Shown here one piece after another: positions 9,233 through 20,221 of a stretch of 64,000 nt of DNA. Source of the DNA: Sediminibacterium sp. (GTDB lineage: Bacteria; Bacteroidota; Bacteroidia; Chitinophagales; Chitinophagaceae); NCBI GenBank assembly GCA_965206685.1, contig OZ242223.1:1557906-1621905 (forward strand), in the 5' to 3' direction. Made by a program: the position numbers and the translations under genes. The first letter of the stretch is position 1, and each line of letters starts with the position of its first letter. The notes beneath the pieces are model-generated. The model did no database searches and was not told the origin of the DNA. It saw only the letters and a program-made list of their open reading frames with translations.

Positions 9233-10411
9233 ATGATTTCCCCGGTTTCAGATCCAACAGTACTGGTAGCTAATACAGCAGATGCTCAGCTCAAACAAAT
9301 AGGTGAAAAGATTTTAAGAAAAGAAAGGATTTCTTTTGATGAAGGTGTTACGCTTTTTGAAAAAGGTTCACTTTCCTGGCTGGGTGCTTTGGCCAACTGG
9401 GTGCGTGAACAGAAGCATGGTAATAAAACGTATTTCAACCGCAATTTCCATATTGAACCAACCAATGTTTGTGTGTTCTCCTGTAAGTTCTGCTCCTACT
9501 CACGTTTATATGCCCATAAAGAAGAAGGCTGGGAACTCAGTGTAGAACAGATGATGCATATTGTAAAAAGCTATGATGGCAAACCGGTTACGGAAGTGCA
9601 TATTGTTGGCGGTGTGCATCCGAAAATGAATCTGGAATTCTTTATTGAATTATTAAAAACGATCAAAGCCCATCGTCCGGATCTGCATATCAAAGCCTTT
9701 ACACCTGTTGAGCTGGATTATATGTTCCGCAAAGCAAAAGTATCTGTAGAAGAAGGCATGAAACTGGCTCACGAAGCAGGATTGGATTCATTACCCGGTG
9801 GTGGTGCAGAAATATTTCATCCTGAAATACGCACACAGATCTGTGAAGACAAAGTGGATGCAGATGGCTGGTTGCATATTCACAAAGCGGCGCATGAATT
9901 GGGTATGCATAGTAACGCCACATTATTATACGGACATATTGAAAAATTCTGGCACAGAATAGACCATATGGACAGGTTACGCAAACTGCAGGATGAAACA
10001 GGAGGATTCAACACATTCATCCCACTCAAGTTCCGTAATAAGGACAATGATATGAGTGATGTGCCTGAATCATCAGTGATCGAGGATATGCGTATGTATG
10101 CGGTATCACGTTTGTATCTTGATAATTTCCCTCATATCAAGGCCTACTGGCCAATGTTGGGCAGAAAGAATGCGCAACTAACGCTTTCTTTTGGTGTAAA
10201 TGATATTGACGGAACCATTGACGACACAACCAAGATCTACGCAATGGCCGGCAGCGAAGAACAAACACCTGCCATGAGTACCGCTGATCTGGTAACATTG
10301 ATCAAACAGGTAAAAAGACAACCCATCGAACGGGGAACTTTATACAATGAGATCAGGGATTATTCTGATGTGGATATGGAACAGTTTGAACTGGATCCGC
10401 AGTTGAATTGA
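9233..10411 (+). CDS. Radical SAM enzyme of the MqnE/MqnC/CofH family (likely aminofutalosine synthase)
   Basis: CxxxCxxC cluster motif (NVCVFSCKFCSY), GGGAE, length about 390 aa. The ATG at 9233 is preferred over the GTG at 9227. Confidence 0.65.
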   Translation: MISPVSDPTVLVANTADAQLKQIGEKILRKERISFDEGVTLFEKGSLSWLGALANWVREQKHGNKTYFNRNFHIEPTNVCVFSCKFCSYSRLYAHKEEGWELSVEQMMHIVKSYDGKPVTEVHIVGGVHPKMNLEFFIELLKTIKAHRPDLHIKAFTPVELDYMFRKAKVSVEEGMKLAHEAGLDSLPGGGAEIFHPEIRTQICEDKVDADGWLHIHKAAHELGMHSNATLLYGHIEKFWHRIDHMDRLRKLQDETGGFNTFIPLKFRNKDNDMSDVPESSVIEDMRMYAVSRLYLDNFPHIKAYWPMLGRKNAQLTLSFGVNDIDGTIDDTTKIYAMAGSEEQTPAMSTADLVTLIKQVKRQPIERGTLYNEIRDYSDVDMEQFELDPQLN

Positions 10412-10471
10412 TTTAATGAGTGAATGAGTGTATGATAGAATGATAGAATGTTCTTTCACTCACGATTCACG

Positions 10472-11896
10472 CTAACATTCCGGCAAACTAATCGGTATAT
10501 GAATCGCCAATCCGCCATCGGCTGTTTCTTTGTATTTGCTACTCATGTCTAAAGCCGTATCCCACATAGTTTTGATCACTTTATCAAGGCTTACTATTGC
10601 ATAATCGGGAGAACTTTGTAAAGCGAGTTGTGAAGCTGTAATGGCTTTTATCGCACCCATGGTATTTCTTTCAATACATGGAATCTGTACCAACCCTCCA
10701 ATCGGATCACAGGTTAAGCCCAGATGATGTTCCATTGCAATTTCTGCGGCCATTAATGCCTGCCGTTGTGTACCACCCATACATTCTGTTAATGCAGCAG
10801 CGGCCATTGCAGAAGATACACCAATCTCTGCCTGACAACCACCCATCGCTGCTGAAATGGTGGCGCCTTTTTTAAAGATGCTTCCGATCTCCGAAGCAAC
10901 TAATAAAAAACGAATGATCTTTTCTTCTGAATAGCCATCACAAAAAGCAATATAGTATTGCAATACAGCCGGTATTACACCTGCAGCGCCGTTGGTTGGT
11001 GCGGTTACCACTCTGCCGAATGAAGCATTCTCTTCATTCACAGCTAAAGCAAAACAACTAACCCAGTCAAGCGTATATTTAAAATCGTTACCACCTTGTT
11101 TAATGCATTGGATCCATCCATCATAATCTGAATAAGTATGTCCGTGCATTAATTTTTTATTGAGATCAAACGCTCTTCTTCTTACCTGCAGTCCGCCGGG
11201 CAATTCGCCTTGTGCATGGCATCCGCGGAAAGTGCATTCTTTCATACTGTTCCAGATCTTCAATACACCTTCGCGTGTGGCGGATTCATTTCTCCAGGCC
11301 GATTCGTTCTCCATTACTACTTCATGAATGGCCATTCCGTTCATACACCAATGCAGGAGATCGTTGGCAGTATTAATCGGGAAAGGCAGATCAATACTTG
11401 CTTTCCCGCCATTGCTCTCCCCTTCTTTCACTACAAAACCACCTCCAATTGAGAAGAAGGTTTCACTCCATGATTCGCCATTTTTCAATTCTACCAAAAA
11501 CGATAATCCGTTTGGATGAAAAGGCAATGTTTCGTTGTATAAGAACTGAACTTTATCTGCCACTACAAAATCGATCCATGCTTCTCCGCCAAGTAATAAA
11601 CGGTGCTCCTGATGAATGGTATTGATCTTAGGTGTGATGGAATTTACATCAATCGTAACCGGATCTTCTCCACACAAACCCAGCATCACAGCAATATCGG
11701 TTCCGTGCCCATGTCCTGTTTTGGCCAATGATCCATATAAAAGAACGGTAACTGAAACAACATCAGTGACAGATGCTTTTTCTTTGATGGTATCCAAACA
11801 ACGCAAAGCCGCCCTCCATGGCCCCAATGTATGCGAACTGGAAGGTCCAACGCCTATTTTAAACATATCAAAAACGGAGATCGATTCGTGTGGCAT
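10472..11896 (-). CDS. sdaA: L-serine ammonia-lyase (iron-sulfur dependent, single-chain)
   Basis: N-terminus [16 protein letters not shown], and the alpha-domain motif [11 protein letters not shown]. Confidence 0.92.
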   Translation of the reverse strand: MPHESISVFDMFKIGVGPSSSHTLGPWRAALRCLDTIKEKASVTDVVSVTVLLYGSLAKTGHGHGTDIAVMLGLCGEDPVTIDVNSITPKINTIHQEHRLLLGGEAWIDFVVADKVQFLYNETLPFHPNGLSFLVELKNGESWSETFFSIGGGFVVKEGESNGGKASIDLPFPINTANDLLHWCMNGMAIHEVVMENESAWRNESATREGVLKIWNSMKECTFRGCHAQGELPGGLQVRRRAFDLNKKLMHGHTYSDYDGWIQCIKQGGNDFKYTLDWVSCFALAVNEENASFGRVVTAPTNGAAGVIPAVLQYYIAFCDGYSEEKIIRFLLVASEIGSIFKKGATISAAMGGCQAEIGVSSAMAAAALTECMGGTQRQALMAAEIAMEHHLGLTCDPIGGLVQIPCIERNTMGAIKAITASQLALQSSPDYAIVSLDKVIKTMWDTALDMSSKYKETADGGLAIHIPISLPEC

Positions 11897-11966
11897 AGCT
11901 TACATCATTCAATAACAAATTTAGGCCATCAAAAGGCTTTATCTTATTTTTTTATATAGACTGTCA

Positions 11967-12061
11967 TTCTCTGCGAAGCCTCTGTTTCGCTGCGGCTCTG
12001 CGGTGAATGGTTCTTGTTTCTTCACCGCAGAGAAAAGGAGAACGGAGAGCCTTCCGCAGAG
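11967..12061. repeat. Nested word palindrome in the sdaA-aminotransferase divergent region
   Basis: The inner stem ctctgcggtgaa/ttcaccgcagag (11996-12032) is flanked by ctctgcgaagcc / ggagagccttccgcagag. Confidence 0.6.
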
Positions 12062-12162
12062 TTATGATTTAAGATTCTAAAACTTACAGGTGTTTGGATA
12101 GTTTTGCCGAACTTTACGGCGCAAAATCAATGAATATTCAATTTTATTAATGTAAAAACTGT

Positions 12163-13353
12163 ATGCAACTTTCTTCGCTTCTCGACAGGTTTAATGAGCC
12201 CGAAACCCTCAAAATGGCCAAACTGGGCCGTGAATTATCTGCCAAAGGATTTAATGTGATCAATCTGAGTCTGGGAGAACCGGATTTTGATACTCCTCAA
12301 CATATTAAAGATGCCGCTATAAAGGCCATCAATGATAACTGGAGCCATTATTCTCCTGTAGCCGGCTATATGGATCTGCGCGAAGCTGTTTGCACCAAAT
12401 TATTACGCGATAACAACCTTGCATATAAACCTGAAAATATTGTTACTTCTACCGGTGCCAAACAAAGTTTAGCCAACGCAATACTTGCTTTGGTTGATGA
12501 AGGTGATGAAGTGGTGATTCCAACACCATATTGGGTAACCTATTCTGAACTGGTAAAAATTGCCCGTGGTAAAGTAGTTGAGATCAGAACCAGTGTTGAA
12601 AATGGTTTTAAAGCCACTGCTGCAGAATTAGAAGCAGCTATCACAGATAAAACAAAAGTGTTCATGTTCTCTTCTCCATGTAATCCGTCAGGTGCTGTGT
12701 ACAGCAAAGCTGAATTGGATGCTTTGGCAGGTGTGTTTAGAAAACATCCAAACATTATTATTCTGTCTGATGAGATTTATGAATACATCAACTTCACAGG
12801 CAAACACGAAAGCATTGCCCAATACGATGACCTGAAAGACCGTGTGGTTTTGATCAACGGATTGAGTAAAGGCTTTGCCATGACCGGCTGGCGGTTAGGT
12901 TATATCGCGGCTAATGTTACGATTGCTAAAGCCTGTGAAAAATTACAGGGACAATTTACCAGCGGCCCAACTTCTGTTACACAAAAAGCTGCGGTTGCTG
13001 CCTTAACCGGTGATTTACGCCCATCGCAGGAAATGACTGCAGAGTTTACACGCAGACGTGCACGCACATTGGAATTGGTGAATGCCATTCCCGGTTTCAA
13101 ATGCTTTGCACCCGAAGGCGCTTTCTATGTGTTTCCAGATGTTAGTGCTTATTATGGAAAATCCGACGGAACAGAAACCATTAAGAATGCCTCTGATTTC
13201 AGTATGTATATTTTAAACACTGCCCATGTTTCCTGTGTAATGGGTGATGCATTTGGAGAACCGAACTGTGTTCGTTTTTCTTTTGCTGCCAGTATGGAGA
13301 ATATTGAAACAGCGTGGGCCAGGATTAAGGATGCTTTGGCGAAATTGCAATAA
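12163..13353 (+). CDS. Class I/II PLP-dependent aminotransferase (aspartate aminotransferase-like)
   Basis: 396 aa. Contains the LSKGFAMTGWRLGY PLP-lysine motif. Confidence 0.9.
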   Translation: MQLSSLLDRFNEPETLKMAKLGRELSAKGFNVINLSLGEPDFDTPQHIKDAAIKAINDNWSHYSPVAGYMDLREAVCTKLLRDNNLAYKPENIVTSTGAKQSLANAILALVDEGDEVVIPTPYWVTYSELVKIARGKVVEIRTSVENGFKATAAELEAAITDKTKVFMFSSPCNPSGAVYSKAELDALAGVFRKHPNIIILSDEIYEYINFTGKHESIAQYDDLKDRVVLINGLSKGFAMTGWRLGYIAANVTIAKACEKLQGQFTSGPTSVTQKAAVAALTGDLRPSQEMTAEFTRRRARTLELVNAIPGFKCFAPEGAFYVFPDVSAYYGKSDGTETIKNASDFSMYILNTAHVSCVMGDAFGEPNCVRFSFAASMENIETAWARIKDALAKLQ

Positions 13354-13360
13354 GATTTCA

Positions 13361-13522
13361 CGCCGTTGTTGGTCGCCTGACCAACAACGGCGGTAGGGGT
13401 TAAAATGGTTGAAGCTGAATTCGCCGTTTTAACCCCTTTGCATTGTTTGTAAGTACACATCAATTACATAAAATGAAAAGCCGCAGATTCGCAGATTGAT
13501 TTAAAATCTGCGAATCTGCGGC
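13361..13522. terminator. Three consecutive hairpins between the convergent aminotransferase and M14 genes
   Basis: cgccgttgttggtc/gaccaacaacggcg (13361-13392); aggggttaaaa/ttttaacccct (13394-13437); gccgcagattcgcagat/atctgcgaatctgcggc (13480-13522). Confidence 0.65.
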
Positions 13523-13559
13523 TTCAATTTTTAATTCTTAATTTCTAATTATTAATTAT

Positions 13560-15302
13560 TCATTTGCTTCCACTAACAATCCCACCCTTTTTACTATCTA
13601 CATTCACCGTATACTTTCCTCCTCCCTGCACAATCCATTTAACGGTAACGGCTCCCATGCCGGGAATATTAGGTACTTCAATGGTTTGCGGATTATTCTT
13701 TTGTTCGGTGGTAAGATTGAGGTCTCTGTTCTCAACCGTCATTCCTGATACAATTTTTCCGGATGTTGTGAGAGTGATATAATCCGGTCTTTCAATTTTA
13801 TTCTTTGTATCCTGACTGCTATGCGTTGGCATCAATCGCTGATTGGCGATCACGGCGGTTACCTCTTTCAAACCATCACCCAGATCTTTTTCTGCTATCT
13901 CCTGAACTTCCAATTTAGGTGTAGAAAAACAATGATAGATACTGAATGCCATATTTCTATGTGCATCAGATTCTAACAGAAATCCCGGATGTGCTCTTGT
14001 GAAATTTTTCTTGAAACCACCTATTTCAATTTTACCAAACTGCGGATGATTGTATTCTTTCCATGGAACAAAGGCATCCTGAAAAAGTAAGTAACGGTCA
14101 AAGCTGTATGTAGGATTATCAAACGGATCACGTGAGCCCTCTTTCATAAACATCAGAAACGGTGTCCATAATTCATTGGAATAAGTATAGATGCCCCGTC
14201 CTGCATAAAACCAGTCCAGTTCACCTCCATAGGCCGAGTACAGATCTTTATAAACAACCAGATATTTATAACCCGGTAACAACTCCTCTCCTTTTTTCCC
14301 AATCGCATCGTACACCTGCAGATCCTGTGCGTTGTAAGTGTTTACATCTTCCTGTCCGCCCGGGCCACGTAGTATCATACCACCTGCATTGTGAAAAGAT
14401 TGTGCAGCGGCGATATTAGGATGTTTCATCACAAATTCCATCACAGCCCTGTTCTCAGGTAAAGAGAAAGGATATTTGTAGGCACCATTCTGAATATAAT
14501 TCGGTTGCCATCCCCAGCCCCAATCGCGGTTGGGATCGTATTGAAAATGATAACCATCTTCCGCCACGCGGCCATCGCCGTCTTTATCCATTCCTTCAAT
14601 ACCCAATAGTTCATAATCGCCTTTTTCATCAGGCCCAACCTGAATCATATTGCGTGGATCTCTTGGATCTATTTTAAAACGACCATTCGGACTTTTTCTT
14701 CTCATCAATGTGATATTGCCATCATGATCAAGGTCTTCATAAGTGTCTTCATCAATCAATCCATCACCATCATTATCAACTGGCAACATGCCCGAACGTG
14801 GAGAACTTGCATTATTGGGTTTGTGGATATAACTGTCACGGCCATCTGGATTGATGGTTGGGATGATATAGAACACTTTGTCTTCCAGTAATTCCTGGAT
14901 GAATTTTACATCTGCAAAAGATTCAGTTAAATACCAGGCTGTATACAAAGCAAACTCTGCGCCTTGTATTTCGTTGGAGTGAATATTACCGTCGATATAC
15001 ATTCCCGGTTTACGGGCGGCATCTCCTTTTTTAAAATCGGTGATCGTTAAACACCAGAGTTCGCGGCCTTCGTATGATTTACCGATGGATTCAAATTTGG
15101 CAAGATTGGGATAGGCAGCTGCAATTTTTTTACAGATCTCACCCAGTCCTGCATGGTCATAATAACGGTTCCAGGTAACGGTTACTTTGGGATTGGCAGG
15201 TGATCCTGCGGCTTTAAATACCTGCTCCGGTGTTTGTGCAACGGCTGCAGTGCCGATCCACAATCCAAAAGAAGCAATGGCGAGTTTTATAGTGAGTTTC
15301 AT
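13560..15302 (-). CDS. Secreted M14-family zinc carboxypeptidase with Asp-rich calcium-loop-like inserts
   Basis: Signal peptide. HxxE zinc motif (GNIHSNEIQGAE). DNDGDGLIDEDTYEDLDHDGN and DKDGDGRVAEDG loops. Confidence 0.8.
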   Translation of the reverse strand: MKLTIKLAIASFGLWIGTAAVAQTPEQVFKAAGSPANPKVTVTWNRYYDHAGLGEICKKIAAAYPNLAKFESIGKSYEGRELWCLTITDFKKGDAARKPGMYIDGNIHSNEIQGAEFALYTAWYLTESFADVKFIQELLEDKVFYIIPTINPDGRDSYIHKPNNASSPRSGMLPVDNDGDGLIDEDTYEDLDHDGNITLMRRKSPNGRFKIDPRDPRNMIQVGPDEKGDYELLGIEGMDKDGDGRVAEDGYHFQYDPNRDWGWGWQPNYIQNGAYKYPFSLPENRAVMEFVMKHPNIAAAQSFHNAGGMILRGPGGQEDVNTYNAQDLQVYDAIGKKGEELLPGYKYLVVYKDLYSAYGGELDWFYAGRGIYTYSNELWTPFLMFMKEGSRDPFDNPTYSFDRYLLFQDAFVPWKEYNHPQFGKIEIGGFKKNFTRAHPGFLLESDAHRNMAFSIYHCFSTPKLEVQEIAEKDLGDGLKEVTAVIANQRLMPTHSSQDTKNKIERPDYITLTTSGKIVSGMTVENRDLNLTTEQKNNPQTIEVPNIPGMGAVTVKWIVQGGGKYTVNVDSKKGGIVSGSK

Positions 15303-15319
15303 GTTTCTCTGTTTAATGT

Positions 15320-16951
15320 TTATAAACTTACTTCAACTGTTTTGGTGCCTGCTGTAGGGCAACCGGCTTCAATGGATAATTTTCCTGTGCCTTTGATCAC
15401 CCAGCTAAAAGATTGCGTTCCATTGGCATCCAATGATGGCAGCAACGTAATTTTTCTTCCGCCAACAATCTCCTGCTTGTCTGAATTCTTGACAGCTACT
15501 TTTAATTTTTTCAGGAAATAACTTCTTTCACCCAATTTGGAATGTGTTGATAATCCACCTTTGTTTACAAGATCAAAACTCACACGGGTAAGGCCGTTGG
15601 CGAGTTTTTCTGTTTTTACATTCAATACATCGATCTCAGCCTGTTGTGAGGCAAGTTTCACCAAAAAGTCTGTATGTTTTTTTACCAGATCAGCCGTCAG
15701 TTTATAAGGTGGGTTGATCAGTACAAACGGATCAATGCCACCCACTTCTACTTTTTGGTTAGGATAATCCGGATGCTGCACTTCTTTCCATTCAGTAAAT
15801 GTATTTGTGATGCCTTGCTGCTGTGCCCAGCGTAGATAATTAGCTGTTGGATCTTCTATGGTAAATGCTTTTTCTTTTTTAGCCGTATCCGGTTTGGATT
15901 TGGGTACCCACCAACCTGGTGTACTGAAACTGAAACGGGCATAATGAAAATAACCCCATGATAAAATATCGCCACCCACAGAGGATGCTTTTGGCGCATC
16001 TTTTGAACCGGTTACTTTATTATATAGTTCACTCACCATGGCATTTACTTTCGCATCTGGTTCGAGATAACCGGCCAGTATTCTTTCTCTTGCTGCTATA
16101 GGATTAAATGCAATAGGAGTTGACAAATTATTATTGCTGCCAAAGCTGATCACCGCATACACATTAAAAGCATCGTATAAAAAGTCGAGCAAAGCACGGG
16201 TTTCTTTTTCACTGGCCGGAAAATCGCCGGAGCCCGGTGCAAATGTGCTGTGTTTATAAGTGAAGTTTTTATTGAAAGCAATGCCACCTTCGCCGTCTTC
16301 ATTCAATTGCCCGTCCTTATCATTATCAATGCCTTCCGGTAATACAATGTATTTGCCTTTCTCACCTTTAGATGCATCGGCTTTAATCATGACCCTCGGA
16401 TCATCCGGATGCATTTTATAATCACCAACCGGCGATTGAATCCGCATTAAGGTGATTTTTCCGTTTCCATCCAGATCATCAAAACCATCTTCATTTAATT
16501 TACCATCGCGGTCATCATCGGTTTCTGAAGTATTGCCATTGCGTTCGTATTTAAGTTTGGCAAAATATTGCTCCATCGCATCCGGACTCATGTTCGGGAA
16601 AACATAGTAGGTGGTTTTAGCCAGCAGGTTTTTAATACTGTCGGTATTACTTCCTTTCAAAAGGTTTTCTGCAAAGCCAATAGCCAGTTCTGTTCCCAAT
16701 AAATGAGTACCCTCGGTTCCGCCCACTACGGCAATTGCGGGTTTGGTTTCGGTTTTACCTGTTCCGATGGTTAAGAGCCAGAGGTCTTTTCCGCCATTGG
16801 TTTTGGCAAGTGACCGTACACTGGCCATTGAAGGATAGGCTTTGGCCAAAGCATTGATCCGGTTGGATTGTTCAGCAAAATTGCTGTATTCCTGTGCCTG
16901 TAACCCTGCACAAAAACCAAACAGCAACGCTGCAAAAAGCGATCGTTTCAT
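15320..16951 (-). CDS. M14-like paralogue with a non-canonical zinc motif
   Basis: Same architecture as the neighbour, including DDDRDGKLNEDGFDDLDGNGK and DNDKDGQLNEDG loops. The expected HxxE site reads GTHLLGTE. Confidence 0.65.
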   Translation of the reverse strand: MKRSLFAALLFGFCAGLQAQEYSNFAEQSNRINALAKAYPSMASVRSLAKTNGGKDLWLLTIGTGKTETKPAIAVVGGTEGTHLLGTELAIGFAENLLKGSNTDSIKNLLAKTTYYVFPNMSPDAMEQYFAKLKYERNGNTSETDDDRDGKLNEDGFDDLDGNGKITLMRIQSPVGDYKMHPDDPRVMIKADASKGEKGKYIVLPEGIDNDKDGQLNEDGEGGIAFNKNFTYKHSTFAPGSGDFPASEKETRALLDFLYDAFNVYAVISFGSNNNLSTPIAFNPIAARERILAGYLEPDAKVNAMVSELYNKVTGSKDAPKASSVGGDILSWGYFHYARFSFSTPGWWVPKSKPDTAKKEKAFTIEDPTANYLRWAQQQGITNTFTEWKEVQHPDYPNQKVEVGGIDPFVLINPPYKLTADLVKKHTDFLVKLASQQAEIDVLNVKTEKLANGLTRVSFDLVNKGGLSTHSKLGERSYFLKKLKVAVKNSDKQEIVGGRKITLLPSLDANGTQSFSWVIKGTGKLSIEAGCPTAGTKTVEVSL

Positions 16952-17056
16952 GAAGCATGTTTTAGGTTTTAAATATAGGGTTTATTGGTTTATTTGTTTA
17001 GTGGTTTATTGATATCTGATTTGATATATGATGAGTGGAAGTTTCATGCTTTGTTC

Positions 17057-17116
17057 ACCACCCCACCCTTCGCTCGGCCGCTTGGGCACCCCTCCTCGCA
17101 GAGCGAGGAGGGGATA
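17057..17116. repeat. Third copy of the GC-rich repeat seen at 7366-7543
   Basis: ccaccccacccttcgctcggccgcttgggcacccctcctcgcagagcgaggaggggata. Confidence 0.7.
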
Positions 17117-17201
17117 TTTTTTGAAAGTACTTTGACCTGTTTAACCACTTTAACTTCTTAAACCCCTTTAACCATATCGCCACATCATCGTATTTTGCAG
17201 C

Positions 17202-18152
17202 ATGAGTGAGCAGGTAAAGTCAGAAATGTTTCGAAATCGCCTCAGTAAAGTGTTCAAACACAGAAGCAAACAGGCAAAACGTATGCAGGTATCCTGTTAC
17301 CGTGTGTATGATCATGATCTGCCTGAATTTCCTTTTTGTATTGAATTGTATGAAGACAAAGTGTATTTGGCTGAATACCTGCGCAGACATGGGATGACGG
17401 ATGAAGAACATGAAGTATGGCTGGATGAATGTTTAACGATCATAACAGAAATAACAGGAATTGAAGCGGATCATATTTATGTAAGGCAGCGTAAACGTAT
17501 GTCGCACCGCGAGGGACAGTATGAGAAGATGGACACCAAACAGGAATTCTTTACGGTAATTGAGAATGGATTAAAATTTCTGGTAAACCTCACAGACTAT
17601 CTTGATACAGGCCTGTTCCTCGATCACCGCATTACCCGCCAGATGGTAAAAGAGCTTTGCAATAACAAAAGGATATTGAATTTATTCTGTTATACGGGCT
17701 CGTTCTCGGTTTATGCAGCTGCGGGTGGAGCGACTTCGGTTACCTCTGTTGATCTGTCAAAAACCTATCTAAACTGGGCCGAAGATAATTTTGTGATCAA
17801 TCTGTTGAAGGATAAAGAAAAGTATAAGTTTGATCATGCCGATGTAAAACAATACCTCAAAACCCTTGCTCCGGAAAGTTATGATCTGGTGATCATCGAT
17901 CCGCCCACATTCAGTAATAGCAAGCGGATGAAAGATTTTCTGGATGTGCAGCGCGACCATGTGGAGTTATTGAATGATGTATTGGCTGCAACAACACCTG
18001 GTGGAATCATTTATTTCAGCACTAATTTTTCAAAATTTGTATTGGAAAATGATCAGATCAAAGCAACCGAGATCAAGGATATTACCAAAGCCACCACACC
18101 GTTTGATTTTGAAGGAAAATTGAAGCGGTGGTGTTACCGGATCGTTAAGTGA
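17202..18152 (+). CDS. Class I SAM-dependent methyltransferase (RlmK/RlmI-like rRNA methyltransferase domain)
   Basis: NLFCYTGSFSVYAAAGGA (SAM motif I) and IIDPPTFSNSK (motif IV). Confidence 0.7.
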   Translation: MSEQVKSEMFRNRLSKVFKHRSKQAKRMQVSCYRVYDHDLPEFPFCIELYEDKVYLAEYLRRHGMTDEEHEVWLDECLTIITEITGIEADHIYVRQRKRMSHREGQYEKMDTKQEFFTVIENGLKFLVNLTDYLDTGLFLDHRITRQMVKELCNNKRILNLFCYTGSFSVYAAAGGATSVTSVDLSKTYLNWAEDNFVINLLKDKEKYKFDHADVKQYLKTLAPESYDLVIIDPPTFSNSKRMKDFLDVQRDHVELLNDVLAATTPGGIIYFSTNFSKFVLENDQIKATEIKDITKATTPFDFEGKLKRWCYRIVK

Positions 18153-18215
18153 GTTGTGAGTAGTGAGTGACAAAGGATTTATACTCACTACTCACTACTC
18201 ACCACTCACCACTCA
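18149..18215. terminator. Word-repeat hairpin between convergent genes
   Basis: gtgagttgtgagtagtgagtga pairs with ctcactactcactactcaccactcac. Confidence 0.55.
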
Positions 18216-18584
18216 CTGCCTAATTGAAAAACTATCTATCAAATAATCCCTCTCCACAAACCGGTTCTCATAATGATATCTGATGGAAAATCCTGCGGCG
18301 ATGGTATCAGAGGCAAAATCGATCCGTAAAATATAGGTCTTACCCTTACTACCTGCCGTCCATTCTTCATAGCTCGAATCTTTTGGATTTCTTGCAGGAA
18401 TCGGATCACCCAGGTATCCATGAACAATGGTTTTTGATTGACGCAAAGGGAGCATTCGCCACCTGGGCGGGGTTGTCCATCCGGCCGTTTTGGGTACTAC
18501 CCAGCTAAAGATCAGCCAATATAAAAGCAACAGAACCACCAACAGAAAACCCGTGATTGTGATCCATTGCCTGTTCTTTTTCAT
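18213..18584 (-). CDS. Hypothetical membrane-anchored protein
   Basis: ORF with one N-terminal TM helix. No recognisable motif. Confidence 0.45.
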   Translation of the reverse strand: MKKNRQWITITGFLLVVLLLLYWLIFSWVVPKTAGWTTPPRWRMLPLRQSKTIVHGYLGDPIPARNPKDSSYEEWTAGSKGKTYILRIDFASDTIAAGFSIRYHYENRFVERDYLIDSFSIRQ

Positions 18585-18729
18585 TTCTCCCAATTTATTG
18601 TGTATCCTCGTAAATGGTGGAAAACATGTTAATAAATAGAAAATAGCTGATTCTGATTAGCCTCAGTCTTTAAATACATGACAATAACGAATCAAAAATC
18701 ACACATTCTCTCGTTTGTACTTTTCCAAT

Positions 18730-19098
18730 CTATAATTTCTCCAGCTCTTTTTTCGTGAATTCGTTTTCTGTATTTCCGGTATTCAAAGTTGTTGCAGGTT
18801 CAAAAAGCATAACCCAAACTTCCTCGGCGGCGTTGGGCCGGTGCTCCACTCCTTTCGGCACTACCAAAAAATCGCCTTGGTTGAGTTCAATGTTCTGATC
18901 GTGGAGTTCCATCACAAAAGATCCCTTTACCACATAAAATAATTCGTCTTCATTTTCATGGTGGTGCCAGGTAAACGGGCCTTGAAATTTAACCAGTTTT
19001 ACATGTTGTCCGTTCAGTTCACCAACGATACGTGGGTTCCAATAATCGGTAACCAGTTCCATTTTCTCCAATACATTTACTTTATGCATGGTTATCAT
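18730..19098 (-). CDS. Cupin domain protein
   Basis: HHHENEDELFYVVKG ... VPKGVEHRP cupin motifs. Confidence 0.8.
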   Translation of the reverse strand: MITMHKVNVLEKMELVTDYWNPRIVGELNGQHVKLVKFQGPFTWHHHENEDELFYVVKGSFVMELHDQNIELNQGDFLVVPKGVEHRPNAAEEVWVMLFEPATTLNTGNTENEFTKKELEKL

Positions 19099-19687
19099 CT
19101 TTAACTTCTTCTAAAAATTGTTCGTGCAGTTTAACTACCTGCGGGATCAACAGATTTTGATCATCATTCAAAATCACAAAATCGCATAAACGCATTTTGA
19201 TCTCTTCCTGGATCTGTTTCTGCATACGGGCTTTTACTTCTTCACGGGTAATACCGTCTCTGTCCATTACTCTTTTGATGCGTAAATGCTGCGGAGCATA
19301 CACACCAACCATATAATCAATACCCATAGAAGAACCAGCTTCAAAGAACAAAGCGGCTTCTTTTACCGTATAAGGCGCATCCTGTTCCAATGCCCATTTT
19401 TCTGCGGCAGCAATCGTAGCAGGATGTACCAATGCATTTAAGCGATCTAACTGAAACTGATCATTAAACACAATATTGGCAAGGTATTTACGGTTAAGAT
19501 GCCCGTTTGTATAGGTTTCAGCACCAAAGGTTTGTATTAATGATTTTCGTAGATGATCATCTGTTTCCATTACCTGTTTCGCAGCACTATCTGCATCAAA
19601 TACAGGTATGCCCAGCACTTTAAAAATATGTGCCACCATACTTTTACCACTCCCAATGCCGCCTGTAAGGCCAATGCGTAGCGCCAC
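19082..19687 (-). CDS. coaE: Dephospho-CoA kinase
   Basis: P-loop IGLTGGIGSGKS at the N-terminus, about 200 aa. Confidence 0.9.
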   Translation of the reverse strand: MALRIGLTGGIGSGKSMVAHIFKVLGIPVFDADSAAKQVMETDDHLRKSLIQTFGAETYTNGHLNRKYLANIVFNDQFQLDRLNALVHPATIAAAEKWALEQDAPYTVKEAALFFEAGSSMGIDYMVGVYAPQHLRIKRVMDRDGITREEVKARMQKQIQEEIKMRLCDFVILNDDQNLLIPQVVKLHEQFLEEVKDDNHA

Positions 19688-19810
19688 GAACTGATGATTT
19701 AGGTTGATCAGACAGGAAAGTTATCAATTCTCTTGGTCATTGCCTGTATTTCAATAAAAAACCGGATGGAAGGTTCCACCCGGTTGGTAAATATGATTTT
19801 GAACCGTTGA

Positions 19811-20131
19811 TTAGGCTTTGTTCAACGCAGCAGACCATTCCATGCTGATCGTAGATTTTTCGATCTTGAGGTAGCTGCCCGGACTCACTTCCAGTTGCAG
19901 GGTATTGTCTTCATTGATCTTATTGATCGTTCCGTGAATACCGGCGATGGTTACCACTTTATCGCCTTTCTGCATATTTTCTGTAAATTTTTTCTGCTCT
20001 TTTGCTTTTTTAGCCTGCGGACGGATCATAAACAACCAGAATACCACAATGATACCTCCCATTAATAATAACTGTACCATTCCTCCCCCACCCGGGGCTG
20101 CCTGTAATAAAATAGAATTCAATTGCAACAT
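19811..20131 (-). CDS. yajC: Preprotein translocase subunit YajC
   Basis: TM helix followed by RPQAKKAKEQKKF..L.KGDKVVTIAGIHG. The internal ATG at 20131 is preferred over the listed upstream start. Confidence 0.85.
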   Translation of the reverse strand: MLQLNSILLQAAPGGGGMVQLLLMGGIIVVFWLFMIRPQAKKAKEQKKFTENMQKGDKVVTIAGIHGTINKINEDNTLQLEVSPGSYLKIEKSTISMEWSAALNKA

Positions 20132-20221
20132 TTCGATTGATTTTATTTGAATGATTGATTTTTTGTTTCTACATCCGCTTATCACGGCTTTTAAAACGCC
20201 GTAAAGATAAGTGTTCGGTGA

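Noticed and set aside
19811-20185. Longer N-terminal extensions given in the ORF track for yajC, nusB (to 21190), the globin-like lipoprotein (from 21799), FKBP (from 29143), the porin (from 45510), the small czc-associated protein (from 39363) and the 2-TM protein (to 62807)
   Set aside because: In each case an internal ATG gives a canonical N-terminus: a signal peptide, lipobox, family-typical start or paralogue alignment. Several of the listed starts are TTG/GTG codons or overlap an upstream terminator.
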